56,456 nt of DNA from Candidatus Zipacnadia bacterium (GTDB lineage: Bacteria; Armatimonadota; Zipacnadia; Zipacnadales; JABUFB01), in the NCBI GenBank assembly GCA_029821745.1, contig JALGSS010000001.1, forward strand, positions 1 to 56,456, given 5' to 3'. The position numbers and the translations under genes are program-made. The notes under the pieces are model-generated. The model was not told the DNA's origin and ran no database searches. It saw nothing but the letters and a program-made list of their open reading frames with translations. Of the stretch, positions 49,975-56,456 are shown piece by piece; position 1 is the stretch's first letter, and every line of letters starts with the position of its first letter.

Positions 49975-51885
49975 ATGGCCAGCATCTTCAAACCGACGTA
50001 CACGAAGCCGATCCCTGACAGCGCGAAGATCGTCAGGCGGGGCGGGCAGCGCTTCGCCAAGTTCCGCAGCGCCCGCGGGCAGATCGTCACTGCCCCGCTC
50101 ACACGAAAGGGCGACCGAATCCGGCTTGACTCGGAGACCTACCGAATCGAGTACCGGGACGCCGACGGCAAGACGAAGCGGAAGAAGGGATACACGGACC
50201 TGAAGGCCACGGAGCAACTAGCGGCCGAACTGGAGCGCGACGCCGAACACGTCCGCAGTGGGTACAAGCCGAAGGAACACGAGCATCTGGCGCGGGCCCT
50301 GAAGTGGCACCTGGAGGACTACCGGGCGTCCCTCGTTGACAAGGGGACGTCCGAGCAGCAGGCGCGACAGGTGCACAACCGCGTCAAGCGGCTGCTCGGG
50401 GCGTGCAGGTTCACTCTCTGGTCCGATATCGACGCGACGAAGGTGCAACGGCAACTGGCCGACTGGCGCGAGGGTCCGAAGGGCAAGCGGGGCATGTCTG
50501 CACAGACGAGCAACTGGTACCTTCAAGCGATCAAAGGCTTCTGTGCGTGGCTGGACCGCGAACGCCGGGCACCCGAGAACCCGGTGGCACACCTGGGCGG
50601 CGTGAACGTGCGCACCGACCGGCGACACGACCGCCGGGCGGTGACGGAGGACGAGTGCCGGGCGCTCCTGGCGGCGGCCGTGGCCGGCCCCGAGCACTTC
50701 GGAATGCCGGGACCGGATCGTGCCCTGCTTTACCGGACGGCGCTGGAGTCCGGACTGCGGGCGGGCGAACTCAGGACACTGACGTGCGGCAACTGCCTGC
50801 TCGACGACGACCCCCCGAGGCTGATCGTCAAGGCGGCCTACAGCAAGCACCGGCAGGACGATGAGCAGCCGATCCCGGCGGGACTGGCGGCGGCGCTACG
50901 GGCGCATATCGCCGGACGCACACCGGCGTCGGCCGTCTTCGACACACTACCTTCGAAGGACAAGATCGTCCGAATGCTGCGGAAGGATCTGACAGCGGCT
51001 GGCATCCCGTACGAGGACGGGGCGGGCCGCTTCGCGGACTTCCACGCGCTGAGACACACGTACATCTCGAACCTTGCACGAGCGGGCGTTCACCCGAAGG
51101 TGGCCATGGATCTCGCCCGGCACGGAAACATCAACCTGACGATGGCGCGGTATAGCCATACGGTGGTCGCGGATCGTGCGGCGGTTCTGTCCGATCTGCC
51201 CGACCTGACCGAGCAGTCCGAGCAGCGCCAGACCGCGAGGGCCACGGGCACCTACGGCAAGAGGACTGATGATGGCCATGGAACGGCAGGTTCCTGCAAG
51301 CGGGACTGCAAGCAAGCCGGAAAGACGACGCAAGAAACTGGCGCCAAAGCAGATACGTCAGCCGCCTCGCGGTTTGCTAAACCGTTGAGGGGGTATACGC
51401 CTCCTCCGCGGGTTCGAATCCCGCCCTCTCCGCCAGTTCGTGCCAGATTGTGCAGAACCGCGCCGATTGGCCGATTGGACGCCGTTTTCGGCATCCTCGC
51501 GATCCGCCGCTCCGCCGTTTCCCGACTGACCAGTTGCGACCGTTCGGGACGGTTCGGGAAGGTTAGTTGCTGTCGTATTTGCTGTCACCTCTCGGCCCGT
51601 CTCGTCGGCCGTCCCCGTCGCTCGCAGCGCTTCGCGCTTAGAGGCATCGGCTTCGACCGGGGGCAGCGCGTCAAACGCCTTACGCCGATCCACTACTTCG
51701 ACATGCGCGTATCGCCCGAAGGTCAGCGTCGGCGTCGAGTGCCGGGCCAGGTCTTGGGCCACCTTGACGTTCACACCGGCCTTGACCAGTCGCGTGATGA
51801 AGGTATGCCGGAGGGCGTGAAAGTCTGCTTTGCGCCCCGCCCCATCCTCATACTCAATGCCCGCCGCCGCCAGGTCCGCCCGTAG
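49975..51885 (+). CDS. tyrosine integrase; ORF reads through attR
   Basis: GGAGG RBS; GLRAGE, SKH, DFHALRHT, LARH, TMARY catalytic residues; no stop before the att repeat at 51370. Confidence 0.92.
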   Translation: MASIFKPTYTKPIPDSAKIVRRGGQRFAKFRSARGQIVTAPLTRKGDRIRLDSETYRIEYRDADGKTKRKKGYTDLKATEQLAAELERDAEHVRSGYKPKEHEHLARALKWHLEDYRASLVDKGTSEQQARQVHNRVKRLLGACRFTLWSDIDATKVQRQLADWREGPKGKRGMSAQTSNWYLQAIKGFCAWLDRERRAPENPVAHLGGVNVRTDRRHDRRAVTEDECRALLAAAVAGPEHFGMPGPDRALLYRTALESGLRAGELRTLTCGNCLLDDDPPRLIVKAAYSKHRQDDEQPIPAGLAAALRAHIAGRTPASAVFDTLPSKDKIVRMLRKDLTAAGIPYEDGAGRFADFHALRHTYISNLARAGVHPKVAMDLARHGNINLTMARYSHTVVADRAAVLSDLPDLTEQSEQRQTARATGTYGKRTDDGHGTAGSCKRDCKQAGKTTQETGAKADTSAASRFAKPLRGYTPPPRVRIPPSPPVRARLCRTAPIGRLDAVFGILAIRRSAVSRLTSCDRSGRFGKVSCCRICCHLSARLVGRPRRSQRFALRGIGFDRGQRVKRLTPIHYFDMRVSPEGQRRRRVPGQVLGHLDVHTGLDQSRDEGMPEGVKVCFAPRPILILNARRRQVRP

Positions 51886-52257
51886 CCTCTCGGCCGTCCG
51901 CTTGGGAACGCGAAACACCGGCCGCCCCGATCCGCGCCTCGCGAGGTACGGCCGCAAGAGGTCCACGAGGTCGGTGCGGATCGGTTGCACGTCTTCCCGC
52001 CGCCGCTTGCTGTACCCGGCCGTGACCCTTACCGTCGGCGGGTCGGCGTCGAGATCGAAGCATTCCGGAGTCAGGCTCCTCAGTTCATTCGCCCGGAATC
52101 CGGTCCCGAGGGCCACGCGATATAGCATCGCCCGGTCGGCCGGGGCGACGCCCAGCACCATCAGGGGCTCCGCGGTCCGCCTGCCCTCCTCGTCTATCGC
52201 ACCGCGTTCCGTGGCGTCCAGGAGCCGCGCCAGTTCATCGTCGCTCAGCGCCCGCCG
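51358..52257 (-). pseudogene. catalytic domain of a second tyrosine integrase (older element), N-terminus deleted
   Basis: RRALSDDEL, GTGFRANEL, SKRRR, DFHALRHTF, LARHS, GRY; reads into the tRNA fragment in antisense (WRRGRDSNPR). Confidence 0.8.
51370..51435 (+). repeat. attR: displaced 3' part of tRNA-Ser(GCT)
   Basis: Matches 7510-7575 except two compensatory variable-arm substitutions; 5' part of the tRNA absent. Confidence 0.92.
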
Positions 52258-52760
52258 GACGCCGGCTCCCACGCTGGCTGCATCCACGCCCGCCTCGGGC
52301 GCACGTTCGCCTTCCGCCTGGCGAACCAGGTGTATGATCAAGGCGAGCCGGGCCGCGAGTCCATCCTCGATGTGCTCAGATCCCAAGACGCGCGGCAAGA
52401 TGCCTGGCTGAATCCCGCCGCACACGCTCACGGCAGCGCGCCGCACGCGGATGATCCGCTGCTCGCCTGTCTTGCGGTCCACGAGGAGCCGACCCGCGTG
52501 GTGCATCTTCAGCCAATGCGCGGAATCGCCGCCCCGGCCCTGCCGGTACGCATCGAAGCCCTTGATCCACCCGGACAGTTCGTCCCGGGCAAGGAGCACC
52601 CCGCGAGGGTTCTCTTTGAGCACGGTCGCCAAGGCTTCCACCGTGCAGTCCGAGACGATCCGCCGGATGGCCGCTGGTTCCTCCGCTTCGCGGGCCTCGA
52701 TGAACTCCACGATGTCACCCTTGGGCGGGAACCGAGGTTCTGTCGCCGTCGCCACCGCCA
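52258..52760 (-). pseudogene. DUF3987/YfjI-like helicase fragment fused in frame to the second integrase
   Basis: SDCTVEAL..LKENPRGVLLARDELSGW, VDRK, VSVCGGIQP, DGLAARL. Confidence 0.7.
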
Positions 52761-53277
52761 CAGAGGGCGACTCGATGCGTGTAGTGCCCCCCACACCTCC
52801 GCGTCGCTTGTGGGGCATCGGCCGCAGACGACTCCCTGAGGCGCGTCGGCGGGCGTGAAGGTACCCAAGGGGCCTCCGGCCGTCCGCGTCGCTCCTGGGA
52901 ACTGCTGGAGTCGTTCTCGGGGCTCCTGTGGCGTTGTCTCGGCGCGCCTGGGTGGCTACTGACCGCCCCCAGAGGCCACCGAGAAGCAAATGGCACTTGC
53001 GTGAGCCCCGTCTGTGGTGCACAATGATGTCACCGATCAGGAGCATGGGAACCGTCGAGGGGGACTTTCTGACTGGGAGGCGGAGGAGGGCAACCGGGCA
53101 GCAGTCTCGGTGGAACGGAGGCCCTGACTCGGCCCACTCTTGGCTTCGGCACAGGTCGTTGCAGCGCGACTCACACACCTCGACCTATGGCGGGAGTCCG
53201 TTGCTTGCCTGCCAGCCGTGCGTCAAGGCGGCCACCTCTGCCGGCCCACTTGAGATGTGACCTGAGGGAACACCGCA

Positions 53278-56456
<3,179 letters not shown>

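Noticed and set aside
51370-51435. Second functional tRNA-Ser
   Set aside because: Lacks the 5' acceptor strand and D-arm; it is the att duplication

Overview
High-GC bacterial DNA (gene styles suggest a Planctomycetota-like host; this is inference). The left ~7.4 kb is host backbone: a small membrane protein and a ~2,125-aa bacterial alpha-2-macroglobulin. From tRNA-Ser(GCT) at 7482-7575 to a duplicated 66-bp tRNA 3' part at 51370-51435 lies a ~44-kb integrated island. Its right end carries a satellite/ICE-like core: regulator, primase-helicase, iteron-like origin, AlpA/Xis, XRE repressor and tyrosine integrase. The cargo is a defence island: a decayed type I R-M system with inserted Mrr and other nucleases, an internal tRNA-Asn, a SIR2 + effector-less Avs2-like STAND pair, a dead DUF2924/serine-recombinase module, and a PLD-SNF2 helicase + Eco57I-like methylase + DprA-like + RecD-nuclease cluster. 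The best candidate for an undescribed system is a tightly coupled six-gene operon at 22455-28293 (minus strand): pyrF-like, pyrE-like, SIR2, degenerate PRTase-wHTH, unknown, and double-wHTH. Also notable: the integrase ORF reads through the att site and would gain a different in-frame C-terminus on excision. Beyond attR are remnants of an older element and a type IIG R-M gene that runs off the window. All family calls are by eye from motifs; no searches were run.
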